A DNA stretch of 64,000 bases from Squalus acanthias (Eukaryota), in contig CM059435.1 in the NCBI GenBank assembly GCA_030390025.1, positions 36,580,001-36,644,000 on the forward strand. The letters run 5' to 3'. The translations under genes and the position numbers were made by a program. The notes beneath the pieces are model-generated. The model was not told the DNA's origin. It did not search any database and saw only the letters and a list, made by a program, of their open reading frames with translations. This document shows, in pieces, positions 47,663 to 60,220 of the stretch (the first letter of the stretch is position 1; each line of letters begins with the position of its first letter).

Positions 47663-47985
47663 TCTTTCTTGAGGGGGTGTGGGTGAGAGAGAGTTCTTCA
47701 ATATTTGTTGGCAGTGTGGGGCAAAATGTCCTTGCTAATATTCCAGTAGGGTATTGTTTCCCTATATGTCACTTCTAATTTGGTAGTAGATTGCTAGAAT
47801 TTACTATCTTCAGTGTATTAGAACGGAATTTGCTTTTGCACTAAGTGCACACTTTTGTTGTGAATCATTTGAAGGATGACTGGATGAATTAATATTTGTT
47901 TAAATACTGTTCAAATTAGTTTTATGCAGCTCATGTCTCCTTAGAGTTTTCAAATTACTTTTGCATTCCATTTGTTTCTTACCAG

Positions 47986-48093
47986 GTTTGCCCAATTTGT
48001 TCCTCCATGCCATGGGGTGACCCAAACTTCAAAAGTGCAGACTTGATACAACATTTGAAAATTCGTCATAAATTTTCATACGATACTTTTGTG
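47986..48093 (+). CDS. RNF114: RNF114 exon 5 (second C2H2 finger)
   Basis: [36 protein letters not shown]|GTATGT; 108 nt. Confidence 0.96.
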
Positions 48094-48569
48094 GTATGTA
48101 CTTTTCAGTTTCAGGAAACTTAAGTGTAAACAAAAAATCCCACTTGCACTGGGATCCTGCCTGCGAGAACTTCAGTCTCTAACCCAAGTGTACTGTCTAG
48201 GACGGGGAGGTTCCTTCATGACTGATTGAATGGTACTCGTGCCACTAAGGGCGCAGCTAGGAAACCCATCGTGCTGAAAAGGCTGTAAAGTCCAACCGAA
48301 GACTGGCATGGCTGGGAGGAGGGATGAGGAATGTTGGTTCCTTCCCCCCCCTGAAAGATTGGAGGTGAAACCAATGCCCTCTTTGCATGGAGGTTGCCTA
48401 ACAATCTGCTCCTGATAAACTGGACTCTTCTTCAGGAGGTCCAGACCACCAAGGGGCCCCACATCTGCCAGGGGTGCTGGTCAACAATGCTCCACTCTGA
48501 GGCCGGAGATGCGTGAATTCCCAAAAAGGCATTTTTCCTGAATGAACAGCTTTGTTTGGAGCAGGTGGA

Positions 48570-48955
48570 GGGTGGTAGGTTCAAGGCCCACTCCAGAAAC
48601 TTGAGCACAAAATCTACACTGATGCTTCTTTGCAGTAGTGAGGGAGCGCTGCACTGTCAGAAGTGCCGTCTTTCAGCTGAAACGTTAAACTGAGATCCCG
48701 TCTGCCCTCTCAGGTGGATGTAAAAGATCCCATGGCACTAAGAAGAGCAGGGGAGTTCTGGTATTCTGGCCAACATTTATCTTTCAACCAACACCACTAA
48801 AACTGATGATCTGGTTATCTTGTTGCTATGTGCAAATTGGCTGCTGCATTCCCTACATTACAACTGTGACTACAATTCAAAAGTACTTCATTGGATGTAT
48901 AGCACGTTGGGACATCCCGAGGTCGTGAAAGGCGCTGTATAAATGCAAGTTTGTT
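48570..48955 (+). mobile_element. SacSINE1-like Deu-domain SINE
   Basis: Core GAGGGAGCGCTGCACTGTC..CCCTCTCAGGTGGATGTAAAAGATCCCATGGCACTA; L2-derived tail GTGAAAGGCGCTGTATAAATGCAAGT. Confidence 0.8.
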
Positions 48956-48979
48956 CATTTGTTTGGTCTTTAATTTGAG

Positions 48980-49848
48980 GCTCTCTAAATTGTCACACTG
49001 CTTGTCCGACATCCAGTACTGGATGAGCAGAAATTTCCTCAAACTTAATATTGGGAAGACCAAAGCCATTGTCTTCGGTCCCTCCACAAACTCCGTTCCC
49101 TAGCCACTGACACCACCCCTCTCCCTGGCGACCGTCAGAGGCAGAACCAGACTGTTCGTAGCCTGGGTGTCATATTTTACCCCGAGATGAGCTTCAGACC
49201 ACATACCCACGCCATCACTATGACCGCCTACTTCCACCTCTGTAACATCGCCTGACTCCGCCCCTGCCTCAGCTCATCTGCTGCTGAAACCCTCATCCAT
49301 GCCTTTGTTATCTCTAGACTTGACTTCCAACGCACTCCTGGCTGGCCTTCCACTTTCTACCCTCTGTAAACTTGAGGTCATCCAAACCTCTGCTGCCCGT
49401 GTCCTAACTCTCTCCAAGTCCTGTTCGTCCATCACCCCTGTGCTCACTGATCTACATTGGCTCCCAGTTAAGCAACGCCTTGATTATTTAAAAATTCTCA
49501 TCCTTGTTTTCAAATCCCTCCATGGCCTCGCCCTTCCCTATCTCTGTAACCTCCTCCAGCTCTACAACCCTTCGAGATCTCTTCGCTCCTCCAATTCTGG
49601 TCTATTCAGCATCCCCAATTTTAATCGCTCCACCATTGGTGGCCGTGCCTTCAGCTGGCAAGGCCCTAAGCTCTGGAATTCTCTCCGCCTCTCTACCTCT
49701 CTTTCCTCCTTTAGGAAGCTCCTTAAAACCTACCTTGTCATCTGCCCTAATATCTCCTTATGTGTCAAATTTTGTTTGATAACCCTCCTGTGAAGCGCCT
49801 TGGGATGTTTTACTACGTTAAAGGTGCTATATAAATACAAGTTGTTGT
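48980..49848 (+). mobile_element. L2 3' portion
   Basis: KLEVIQTSAARVLT..ITPVLTDLHWLPVKQR; tail GCTATATAAATACAAGTTGTTG. Confidence 0.92.
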
Positions 49849-50111
49849 TTGGTTTTGAGGCCCACTTTGGATAAACTTCATCGTGTCGGTCACATGAGAA
49901 GCTGGATCTGGGCTTGTAGTACATAAGAACATAAATAGGCGCAGGGAGTAGGAGTAGGCCATACGGCCCCTCGAGCCTGCTCTTCCAACAAATCTCCAAA
50001 GCTGAAACCCTCAACTACAGCTGTGCGATTTGTACATCTCGACTACAATCTCTACTATCAAGTTACTTTGCAAATGATTATACATAAATATGCACTGTTT
50101 TTATTTTACAG

Positions 50112-50189
50112 GATTATAGTGTGGATGAGGATGAAATGCTGCAGGAAGCCATTGAACTTTCTCTGCAGGACAGAAGTATGAGATTCTAG
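50112..50189 (+). CDS. RNF114: RNF114 exon 6 (UIM, stop)
   Basis: CAG|DYSVDEDEMLQEAIELSLQDRSMRF*; spliced CDS is 687 nt, 228 aa. Confidence 0.94.
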   Translation, partial: DYSVDEDEMLQEAIELSLQDRSMRF

Positions 50190-50607
50190 GTTAAGTACCA
50201 GCTTTTCTGGCAAACAGCAACACCTGAAGCTCCGTTCTATGATTACTGCTACTGTAGCGGTTTTATATGTGTATAAATCTATCTTGTGCACTTTTGATGA
50301 TTCTTTAGTTATAACACTTGTAATGGTGATGAAAGAAAAAGAGAGTTGTACTTGTACTATCATAAGTCTACCATCATCATCAGTATGGTCCTCTAGGATG
50401 CAATTGGGCTATATAAGTATAGGGCATACTAAAAATCATAGAGGTTGCATTTTATCAAATAGGATATCCTCTGTCTGAGGATTATAATAGCACTTTAATC
50501 ATGATGTTTAGAAATGGATATATTTGCTTTTTGATTAAAGTCCAGTTATACTGCCATGTAATGTAATTTGTGTTTACTGCTAGCTATTTCGAGCTTTTGG
50601 AAAGACT

Positions 50608-50613
50608 AATAAA
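50608..50613 (+). terminator. Candidate RNF114 polyadenylation signal
   Basis: AATAAA about 420 nt after the stop; alternatives ATTAAA near 50534 and AATAAA near 51067. Confidence 0.45.
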
Positions 50614-51265
50614 ATATTAGTTGGATTTCAGGTACATTGTGATTTGGTTAATACTTTTTCATTGCTGCTAACAAAATCGCATTCTTACTGTTCACATGTT
50701 TAAAAGCTGCATGTTCCCATGATTTCATTAGCATTTTTTAAAACTTCATAAAACATGCTTATCTTCATAATGGCAATCTCAGTCTCTTAATGGTAACAAA
50801 CTCTAAACTAGTGTGTTTATCTTCTTGTACGAAGCACTACCATAGAAAACAAACTGCCACAAGTACCGGTTCTTGTCCATTATTGCCCAAAACAGCATTT
50901 ATCTCAATATTTGTAACACCATTTTCAGAATGTCTGGCGTAGGTAGTGGAGCTGTCAACATTGGGCAATGATGAGAGTGACATTTATGACCAGTAGGAGT
51001 AACACACATTGTAAACCCATTTAAGCTAATGAAACTATGTATACTTTATAGGGTGGTATACATCCAAATAAACAAAATGAGTTACTCCCTCCAAAAGAGT
51101 AACATTTGGCAGGTCTAAAGAGGTAGTTTCATTGTGTTCTAAAGACTGCTAAAAATCTAGCTAGGCTCAGCAAAAAAAATCATGAGTTTGATGTAGAAGC
51201 AGTCACAAGAATGTAATAAGCCTGTCATCTCAGAAATATCAATATAAATAGAGATTACTTGCCTT

Positions 51266-51649
51266 TAGGGTTGCCAACTCTAGTTGGATGTATTCCAGGA
51301 GGTTACCTTATGACCTCCTGCCTCCAAACACCCCACCTCCACGCTCCCGCTATCGGTCGTCTGACACACCCACCTTCGCAGCGCACCACCTTCCCATGGC
51401 TGTTGGAAAGCAAACAGACTCTTGGTTACCCAATTGGATGATTCTTGACTGTCAGTAAAAACAGCCTTTATTCCCATCTCCAATATATTTTTTATAACTA
51501 ATAATAAACAAAAGTGTTCAAAGAAATAGAAAGAAAACACTTTTTTAGTGCCCTTTTGACTTTTCTCCTGGGTTGCTTGCAGCAGTGTCCAGGAGATTAA
51601 TCTTTAATTCCTGGAGACTCCAGGGTAATCCTATTGGTTGGCAACCCTA
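51266..51649. mobile_element. hAT (Blackjack-like) MITE
   Basis: TIRs TAGGGTTGCCAAC / GTTGGCAACCCTA; decayed 8-bp TSD CTTGCCTT / TTCACCTT. Confidence 0.85.
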
Positions 51650-52693
51650 TTCACCTTTCATAGACTTTGCCTTCAAAGAGGTATCATCTACACACTGGTG
51701 GAGTGAGCCCACGACCTAAACTATCACTAAACAAACCGATTTATGTTAATGTGACTGTAGAAAGAACTTAACTGATTTTCTTGGACTGCAAAACAAAAAA
51801 TCTTCAAAATTCTTTTTCGCACAGTTGAAAAACCTGTCCACGTGATTTAATGGCCATCTGTAACATATCCTCTGTTTCTTCATGGTAGTTGTGATTTATT
51901 TATAACTCTTAAAAATTTGTCTCTGCTACAGATAGCTACTCAGACTCGGTGGTGTCAGCCACTCCCTTAAGTGGTCTGTTTCTTGTGGAAGTTGACTCCT
52001 CCTGCTCTATGCTTATTAGTACAGTAGTGGGACCCAGGAGTGTTGTGGACAGGATCTCCATGCCCGCACACGTGTACTCCAATCTCTCCAATGGCAGACT
52101 TAGTTAACACTAGGCGAGATGATGTTTGGTTTGGTTCGTAAGCTGCTTTATTCCACAGTAGGCAAAACATACACGGCACTGAATTATAATGAGACACACT
52201 TGGTACAATCAGTACAACTTCTGTTCGCATACTATTACCAAAATAAAGAACACTCAAGCACTTGCCAACTTTGGCAGGTCATCTTACTCAATAATATAAA
52301 AGATAAATCTCTCTTTGCATCCTATCCTCTAACCAGCTTTACTTTTCTTCCCAAATAGCTGTAAATTTTGCTATTTAAATAATAAAATGAACTTATGTAA
52401 GGGCAGAATGTATGATTTGAAAATGGTGACTAAATTACATCTGTGCACTCTGGTACAATTATTTCCCGATCTTCTAACCCTGCTTCACCTGAAGACTACA
52501 CTTGATCTTGCAATGCCACAGGAGATTGATTAGTCTAAATAATATTTCTGTGTTGTAAATGTAATCCATGTAGTGTGTGGGCTCTGTTGTATAAGTCGGA
52601 TGGTGCGCTATTAACAATCCCCTGTTTGCGTGTTGACAGGCTGTATATTTCCAGGGTAGGCATAATTAGAATGTTATGGGCGGTGTGGATATT

Positions 52694-53584
52694 GGGCTGG
52701 ATTTTGCGGTAGAAATAGCTGTGAGGCTTTATGTGGAAATCGGACAGCAACTCGCGGAAATCATGAAGTTGCTGTCTGAGTTGCCCTGCTCCTCCAAAAG
52801 CTCTGCGATCATGGTATCTCCCCGAGATACTCACCATTCAAATACATTGAATGGCGTGACGTTGCTGTACTTTCCTGATATATACGAACTAAACTCGCCA
52901 AAAAAGTTAGGGCTTGTCCATTCCAGTGCAAGTACATTTTTAATGGTGTGATAAGCAATGTTCCCTCTTTTTTCATGCACGATCCCTTTGAATTTGCTGC
53001 GCGTGCGCGGTATCTTTTCCGGCGCCCACAGCTGATGAGCGGTCTGCGCGGGACGTCCCGATTGATGTGCAGTCACGTGCCCGTGCATCTTCGGGGGAAC
53101 GTTGGTAACAAGTCTTAATTACTGCCAAATAACCTCTCTGGCACTAAAAATTAACTTTTACACATGTGGATTCTCATTCCTTCAGGTTTTAATTATTGTT
53201 GGAGATTCTAAAAAAAAAGTTAAAAATTTACATTTTATTTTACTTTTTCTTTGTCTCTTTTATCTCCCTCTCTTAATCCAATTCTTTCCTTCTATTTCTC
53301 TTTCTATACCTGATTTGACATTGCAATAACTGTTCTAACTTGCACTTCCTGGTTAGACTCTGCACTGCTCATTAAGGATTCTTCAATCTGATTGGTTAAA
53401 GAGATACACAGATCTTTGCCCTGTTCACACAGGTCCCAGATGCTCTGTAGTGGGCACTGCACTTTTTCGATAGTTGGCTGATGGGCACTTCCAGTGCAAA
53501 AACCCATAGAGAGTCTTGTGGGCAAGTGCAAGTGTAATGAACCGCTGGCGCCGTTCATTCGCTGCTGACCACAAAATCTGTCCC
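52694..53584. mobile_element. Harbinger-type MITE containing a nested hAT-type MITE
   Basis: TIRs GGGCTGGATTTTG / CAAAATCTGTCCC; TSD ATT; homologous to 28024-28762. Confidence 0.85.
52956..53104. mobile_element. 149-bp hAT-type MITE
   Basis: TIRs CAATGTTCCC / GGGAACGTTG; 8-bp TSD GTGATAAG / GTAACAAG; absent from the related element near 28300. Confidence 0.8.
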
Positions 53585-53699
53585 ATTGTCTCATCGGTAG
53601 CTTGCTGTTAATGGACAGGAAACCATGTGCTGTTTAAAGGGGCATATCTATTTTAGTCAGCAAAAGGGATTAGTGCAACATCGTACAGTCATGTCCACT

Positions 53700-54000
53700 A
53701 GTACTCATTCCAGCAACTGGCCACCCTGATTTACGGATGGAGCAGTAGGAATATTATTGCAACAAATGAAGTGGAGACAGAAGGACCTCTTTCTTACAGA
53801 TCATCTTCAGGTGGGGAGACAAGTGACTCAAGGTACTTAGCAGGAGATGGCAACACCTATTCATGCCAATTGCATTATTCAGCAGACCTGGGGGGAGTGC
53901 CACAAAAAGTTCAATGACCTTGAGATGTGCCAAGGTAGGAGGGTCCTACCATAACCTTATATTAATGATATGCATGACATGTCCGGTTACTTCCCACCCA
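53700..54000 (+). mobile_element. Decayed Harbinger Myb/SANT gene fragment (remnants probably extend to about 55200)
   Basis: FTDGAVGILLQQMKWRQKDLF and ECHKKFNDL followed by AAG|GTAGGA. Confidence 0.6.
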
Positions 54001-56331
54001 CATAGTCTTTATTCAGAACGGTACAGCTCATCCTTCCCTTGTTCCCCCAACAACTTTTTCTACTGTACTGCATGTTCCTGGAATAATACTCTCTATGGGC
54101 TGCATGGTAATTGCTGGGTATCACTGTCCTAATTTCATTTTTTCAAAACTTTCTACTCTGTTTGCAGGAAGAGGCTGCGTAATACCATTTCTATTCTCTA
54201 TCTTCCTTTTGAAGAGGCAGCCTAAACTATTCCTGAGGAAGAGACTATTGAAGAAATGGGTGGGAATGTAGGAGGCCTGGCTGCGGTTTTGTAGCAAACT
54301 TTTTTTTTTCTCATCCTATTACTTATAGATTCACTCACTCACTGGAACCAAACCACATGCTAAAGCACATGTCAGTCACTGAGCAGAAAGCTACATTTCA
54401 AGAGTTGTCATGAAGACAGAATTGTAACACTTGTTCCTCTTTCTCCAGGTGTGACGTATAAAGTTGAGTCAGGATCCAGGGAAATGGAGGAAGCCAACAC
54501 TTCACAGCATGCACTGTCTATCACTCACCTGCAAATAAAAGTGGAGGTATATCGAAACACAGCTTTTGAGAGTAAGGTTGAGGAGAGTGCCCTAGTTGAG
54601 AGACAGAGAGGGAGGTGGTGTCTGAGGAAGAGTAGAAACTAACTTGCTGGAGAGCCAGAATGTCTCCAGCCTTAACTGACAAAAACGGGAATCTAGATCT
54701 TGGGACCTGCTTTATGAACATCAAAAATTGCTGCAGGCATTGGATACTGTGCTACGCAACCTTCAAAAAGTTGCAGCTAGTGTGGAAGTGTTGACAGCTG
54801 TAGGTGGGTTATATCGATACACAGAATCGGAACACCACTGTCCACCAGGAAGCATGTGGCAACTCCAGGGGCATCTGTACCTAAGCTCTAAGGCCAATCA
54901 TAGCATTAAAGCTCAGACGACTGCCATCAAGATCAAGAGTTTCAATGTGCCATAAGCTGTCTCCACCACCTTGGACAGGCTTGGTGACTGCTGGGAAAGA
55001 GTCATGGATTAAGGCTTCAACAACTTAATTGCTGCCATTGGGTCTGCTTGCAGATCAGTAGGTAAAGTGAGATGGTGCCTAGTATTAAAAGGAATGTGTG
55101 GTATGGGCATGGATGATGTCTCTCAGAATAACAATGTGTTCTTCGGTCACCCCCGCCCCCCCCCCCGCCCCCTCGGTTACTGCACATGTGCAAGGAAGTA
55201 GGCCAGATCCGCTGTCTCAGCAGTTGCCAAAATGTCAGTGTCACATTTCAGGATTGTTTGACAATTTTTCCACAGAAAAAATTTGAAAAGAGCTGTATTT
55301 AAATGTTGGCTTTTTAAAGCAAAGTACATTCAAACAAGTTTAACAGAAAATGCACAGAGACAAAGGGTGGTTAAAATTCCAATGAGCTAGGCACCAAAGC
55401 TGTTTCTGCAAAGACCGAAAAGAATCAGTTCATCAGCTTGTCTCAATAATCAATAAACACCTCAAGTCCATTGTGTTGGGGAGTCGCTGCTCCCTGGCAC
55501 TCAGCAGGAGTTATCTGGCATAGGCCTGCCCCTCAAGTTATGAACAAAGGAGATAAAAATAAACACAGATACACAACAGAAAGCTACAAGGATTTTGCCC
55601 AGGCTCAGAAGGGAGTTCAAAGTTATTTTGTTTATGTCAAGCAAGGTGGCCCACGAATGTGGGGAAGTGTAGAGTGTACATTTTTTTAATTATAACATGA
55701 AGACGAGGTATACTTACTGAATTAAGTGAGTCCTGTCATAACAGTTGCTCCGTACGTTCACTTGCTGTCTGAGAAATCAAACCGACTAATGTTTTGTTCA
55801 GGCCTCTGGTGTCAGTTGCTCCCGTAAGCAGATCCCAAGTCCCTCACATGTCAGACTTGACTTGCATTGCTCAATGTCTAGTTTTATGGTAGCATAATTC
55901 AGGGAAACTGTATCCCTCTTGATACATGAACTGGATATTGGGGGTAATTTTCACATGCACGGGTGCGTGAAATGGGTTTGTGATCGACTGATTGTTATAC
56001 ACCCCCGTCTGATTTTCTTTTACATTGACTTCAAACATAATTGACTAAAAGGTGTGAACCTACTGGCATGAAACACCTCATTTGTGCAGAGTGTATCTTG
56101 GACTACAGAATTTATCGTATTGAAGATGAATGCCACTTGTGAATCTAGCTCTGAGATTCGCATTAATGAGAAAAAAATAACGTTGGAGCATTTTTCTTGC
56201 AACCAGTAAATTCCATCATTTCAATACTAATTTTTTTGATCAGTCCGGTGTCTGTCATGTACAGAAACTCATTACTATGCTTAATAATTTTCAAAGCAAA
56301 CTATTGAGAAATCCACATAAGAGTTTCTGTT

Positions 56332-57161
56332 ACAATAGCAAAATACTGCGGATGCTGGAAAACTGAAATAACAACAGAAAGCGCTGGAAAAACTCAGCAG
56401 GCCAGGCAACATCCGTGGAGAGAGAAACAGTTAATGTTTCAGGTCGAAACCCTTCGCCAGAACTAAGAAAAAAGCAGGAAATGAAACAGATGAAGTTGGA
56501 GGCTGGGGGAAGGAATAAAAGAACAAAAGGGGAGACCAAACGCAGATTGGGTGACCGCTTTGCGGAACACCTCCGTTCAGTCCATAAGGGTGACCCCGAG
56601 CTTCCGGTCGCTTGTCATTTTAATTCACCGCTCCACGCCCACTCAGACCTCACCGTCCTCGGCCTCTTGCATTGTTCCACGGAAGCTCAGCGTAAGCTCG
56701 AGGAACAGCACCTCATCTTCCGATTAGGCACTTTACAGCCTTCGGACTCAATATCGAGTTCAACAATTTCAGATCATAACCTCGGCCCCTACCATATATA
56801 TATATTTTTTTTTTTTTATCCACACTTTTGGTTTGTGCCTTTTCCCTTTTTTTTTCTCTCTCCCCCGTGGCAGCTGTCTTTCATTCTGCCAGCACATTTC
56901 ACACTTCTGAGCCATCTTTTGTTTCTTAACCTGTCCTATTACCATCTCGTCTCGCCTTGAGCATCTCTAATGTCTCTACTCCTCACAGACCTCCCCTTTT
57001 GTTCTTTTATTCCTTCCCCCAGCCTCCAACTTCATCTGTTTCATTTCCTGCTTTTTTCTCAGTTCTGACGAAGGGTCTTCGACCTGAAACGTTAACTCTG
57101 TTTCTCTCTCCACGGATGTTGCCTGGCCTGCTGAGTTTTTCCAGCGCTTTCTGTTGTTATT
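56332..57161 (+). mobile_element. Penelope-like element with GIY-YIG fragment and inverted termini
   Basis: GETKRRLGDRFAEHLRSV..PVACHFN..RKLEEQHLIFRLGTLQP; inverted terminal copies (about 56365-56470 and 57060-57161); 14-bp TSD TAAGAGTTTCTGTT. Confidence 0.92.
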
Positions 57162-57704
57162 TAAGAGTTTCTGTTGCCTGATATGGGGTGCACATTTCCC
57201 TTATAGGTACATATCCAACGTGCCTAAGGCCAGCTTATCTTCAATGGAATGGAAAGGAAAATCGAGCAGGTTGTGTAACGGGCGGCCGATCTGCAACCGC
57301 CCATGGCCAAAGTGAAAATTACTCCCAGCGTGCCTTTTGCACATGCCCTTGCCTTCTCCAATCTTTATAGATGGGCTAGCTTAGCAAGACGAGGTCAGAA
57401 CGAAACATTAAGTAGTTTTATTTCTCAGACAGCAAGTGCAAGTTACAGAGCAACGGTTATAAATTATCTCTCATAATTTAATCAGTACAACTTCTCCTTG
57501 CATAATACAAAATAATGAACATGCATGCTTCCCCACGTCAAAAAATAAAATTAATGTTGAAAATAAATAAAAGCAGGGCAGATAAAGAATGAGTTGAAGG
57601 GAGGATGGGGCAAGAGGAACAGTAGAAATATATTAATCATTTTTCATTCAAATTGTGTTTTATGTACTATTTTAGTTATAGAGTTAAAGCTGCTCCTGAT
57701 GTTT

Positions 57705-57937
57705 GCCTAGGCCCTAAGCTCTGGAATTCCCTCCCTAAACCTCTCTGCCTCTCTACCTCTCTTTCCTCCTTTAAGACACTCCTTAGAAACTACCTCTTTG
57801 ACCAAGCTTTTGGTCACCTGCCCTAATTTCTCCTTATGTGGCTCAGTGTCAAATTTTTTGTCTTATAATACTCCTGTGAAGCACCTTGGGATGTTTTACT
57901 GTGTTAAAGGCGCTATATAAATACAAGTTGTTGTTGT
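57705..57937 (+). mobile_element. L2 3' tail
   Basis: GGCCCTAAGCTCTGGAATTCCCTCCC..GCTATATAAATACAAGTTGTTGTTG. Confidence 0.9.
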
Positions 57938-59126
57938 TTGAGTAAATTTATTACTGTAAAATTAGTGTTATTTTTAGTGACGCAAGTCAGCCCAAGCAGA
58001 AAGTAATTTCTGTGGACCTGTCGGGAATCTAAACGTCAAATGAACAAATTTAAATGATCCCGATAATCATAGCAGTGGCAACAATAGACTTTACTTTTGC
58101 TTTTTACTACTTTGACATATGACACCTAGGAGGCGTATTGGATACTATTATGGTATTTATCCGACAGGTTAAGTGATGATGTAATGCAATTTATTACTTG
58201 TGCATAATTCAGTCCCCTCTGCCTGTTGGGAATCTGACGGATATATTTATCCAACTTGTACCACTCAACTGAGGAAATACCAGTGGAAATAAGGCATCAA
58301 GGTAATGACGTATCACCACATTTCTATGCATTTCCTTAGGGTTTTTAAAAAACTTCTTGTTTCCAACTCAGATCTTGCTACAAATATTGATTACTAATGA
58401 ATCTATCATAGCATTGCTCAGAGGATAGGATACTTTCTTATGAGAGTTTTCCACTATATATCCCAATGAATAATTTTCCATGGCATTACTAACAGACATA
58501 AATAACTTCTTGTAACTGTGTCTGTGCTTCTTTTCCTCTCTCTAATTCTTTTTGTGTCACTCTCTATTTTTATCTTCTCTTTTTCTCCCTGCCTCTTCTG
58601 TTTGTCTTCAGTCACCCTGTGTAGCTTTCACGCATGTTCCCTTACTGATCTACTCAGTGTGTGCCTGTTACCTTTCTCAGATCCAAGGGTATGCAGGAAA
58701 ATGGGAGGCAAAGTTGCAGGTGGGGGCAAGGGAAAGCTGTTGCAGAGTATTACAACAAGGACAATTGAGAGGGTCTGAGGGATTGCAGTCAGGAGGAAGC
58801 AAGGAGTTGGGCTTGAAACATGGAAGGGAGTTGGTGGAAGGGTCCCTGGTCTGGGAGGGATTTAATGCAGTTTGGACCAGGGATGGGGTATGGCATCACT
58901 CCGGTGTGGGAACACTCAGTGGGCCAAGACAGACTGAGAATGGCTCGGGATGGGTTAGGAATGATTCTGGATGATGGGGGCAGACTACTGAAAAGAGCAC
59001 AGGATGCTTGTTGAGTCACACCACTAAAGGGAGCATGTCTGACCAAGGCACTGAAGGGAGCATGGGAAGAGGGTTGAGTCAAACTGTCAAAGGAAGCATG
59101 GGATCTGGCCATGATGACATGAACAT

Positions 59127-59440
59127 GGCAACACGGTGGCATAGTGGTTAGCCCTGTTGCCTCACAGCGCCAGGGACCCAGGTTCGAATCCGGCCTCGGG
59201 TGACTGTCTGTGTGGAGTTTGCACATTCTCCCCATGTCTGCGTGGGTTTCCTCCGGGTGCTCCGGTTTCCTCCCACAGTCCAAAGATGTGCGGGTTAGGT
59301 TGATTTGGCTATAATAAATTGACCCTTAGTGTTAGGGGGATTAAATACGTGGGGTTACGGGGATAGGGTGGGATATGTGTCGGTGCAGGCTCGATGGGCC
59401 GAAATGGCCTCTATCTGCACTGTGGGGATTCTGTGATTCT
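59127..59440 (+). mobile_element. HE1-type V-SINE
   Basis: A/B boxes TGGCATAGTGG and GGTTCGAATCC; V-domain TGTGTGGAGTTTGCACATTCTCCCC..GGGTGCTCCGGTTTCCTCCCACAGTCCAAAGA; CR1-type tail. Confidence 0.92.
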
Positions 59441-59852
59441 GGGAACAGAGGCATCAACAGAATAAAAATAGGTACCAAAGCCTGATGCAGTAATTCAACC
59501 TCGAGCCAAGTACTCCAACTTTAAACGCAAGCTCCTAACATATGGAGGTCTCTGCAAGAAAAATATTTTCCAGGCATTCCCAGCACAATAATTGAACTTT
59601 GAGTAATCAGAAGCATTTTATTCTGAATTGTTTAATTTTTTATGGGTTTCTTATGTTATAAATGTAACTTACAAGGGGATCTTTTCAGCTAGCTTCAAAA
59701 TCACAATGGTGGCTCAAACACAGTTAACAAAGTTATTTGGGGATTTTTTATTACCAGTTTGGGAATAGTAGCTTTGGAAAAAAAAATGAACCATTTGATT
59801 GCTCAGTTTTTTGGTGCTTACTCATTCCCGATTGGCACTTACTGGCTGAATG

Positions 59853-60220
59853 TTTTTTTATTCGTTTATGGGATGTGGGCGTCACTGGCAAAGCCAGCAT
59901 TTATTGCTCGTCCCTAGTTGCCCTTGAGAAGGTGGTGGTGAGCAGCCTTTTTGAACTACTGAAGTCGATGTGGTGAAGGTACTCCCACAGTGCTGTTAGG
60001 TAGGGAGTTCCAGGATTTTGACCCAGTGACGATGAAGGATCGGCGATATACTTCTAAGTCAGGATGGTGTGTGACTTGGAGGGAAACTTGGAGGTGGTGG
60101 TGTTCCCATGCGCCTGCTGCCCTTGTCCTTCTAGGTGGAAGAGGTCGCGGGTTTGGGAGGTGCTGCTGAAGAAGCCTTGGTGAGATGCTGCAGTGCATCT
60201 TATAGATGGTACACACTGCA
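59853..60220 (-). mobile_element. LINE 3' end (CR1-group)
   Basis: SFIVTGSKSWNSLP coding remnant; tail GCAATAAATGCTGGC..GACGCCCACATCCC..AATAAAAAA, also seen at about 22150-22200. Confidence 0.8.

Noticed and set aside
39487-50189. Assignment to RNF166, RNF138 or RNF125
   Set aside because: KPKKPICAVCR and KYQEFISEGVK motifs and adjacency to SPATA2 favour RNF114.
51967-52257. ORF with CGHGDP reminiscent of RNF114 exon 5 (PWGDP)
   Set aside because: No zinc-ligand pattern or splice context; chance similarity.
59127-59210. tRNA gene
   Set aside because: The A/B boxes belong to the head of an HE1-type V-SINE; the same applies to the SINE heads at 15765 and 48570.
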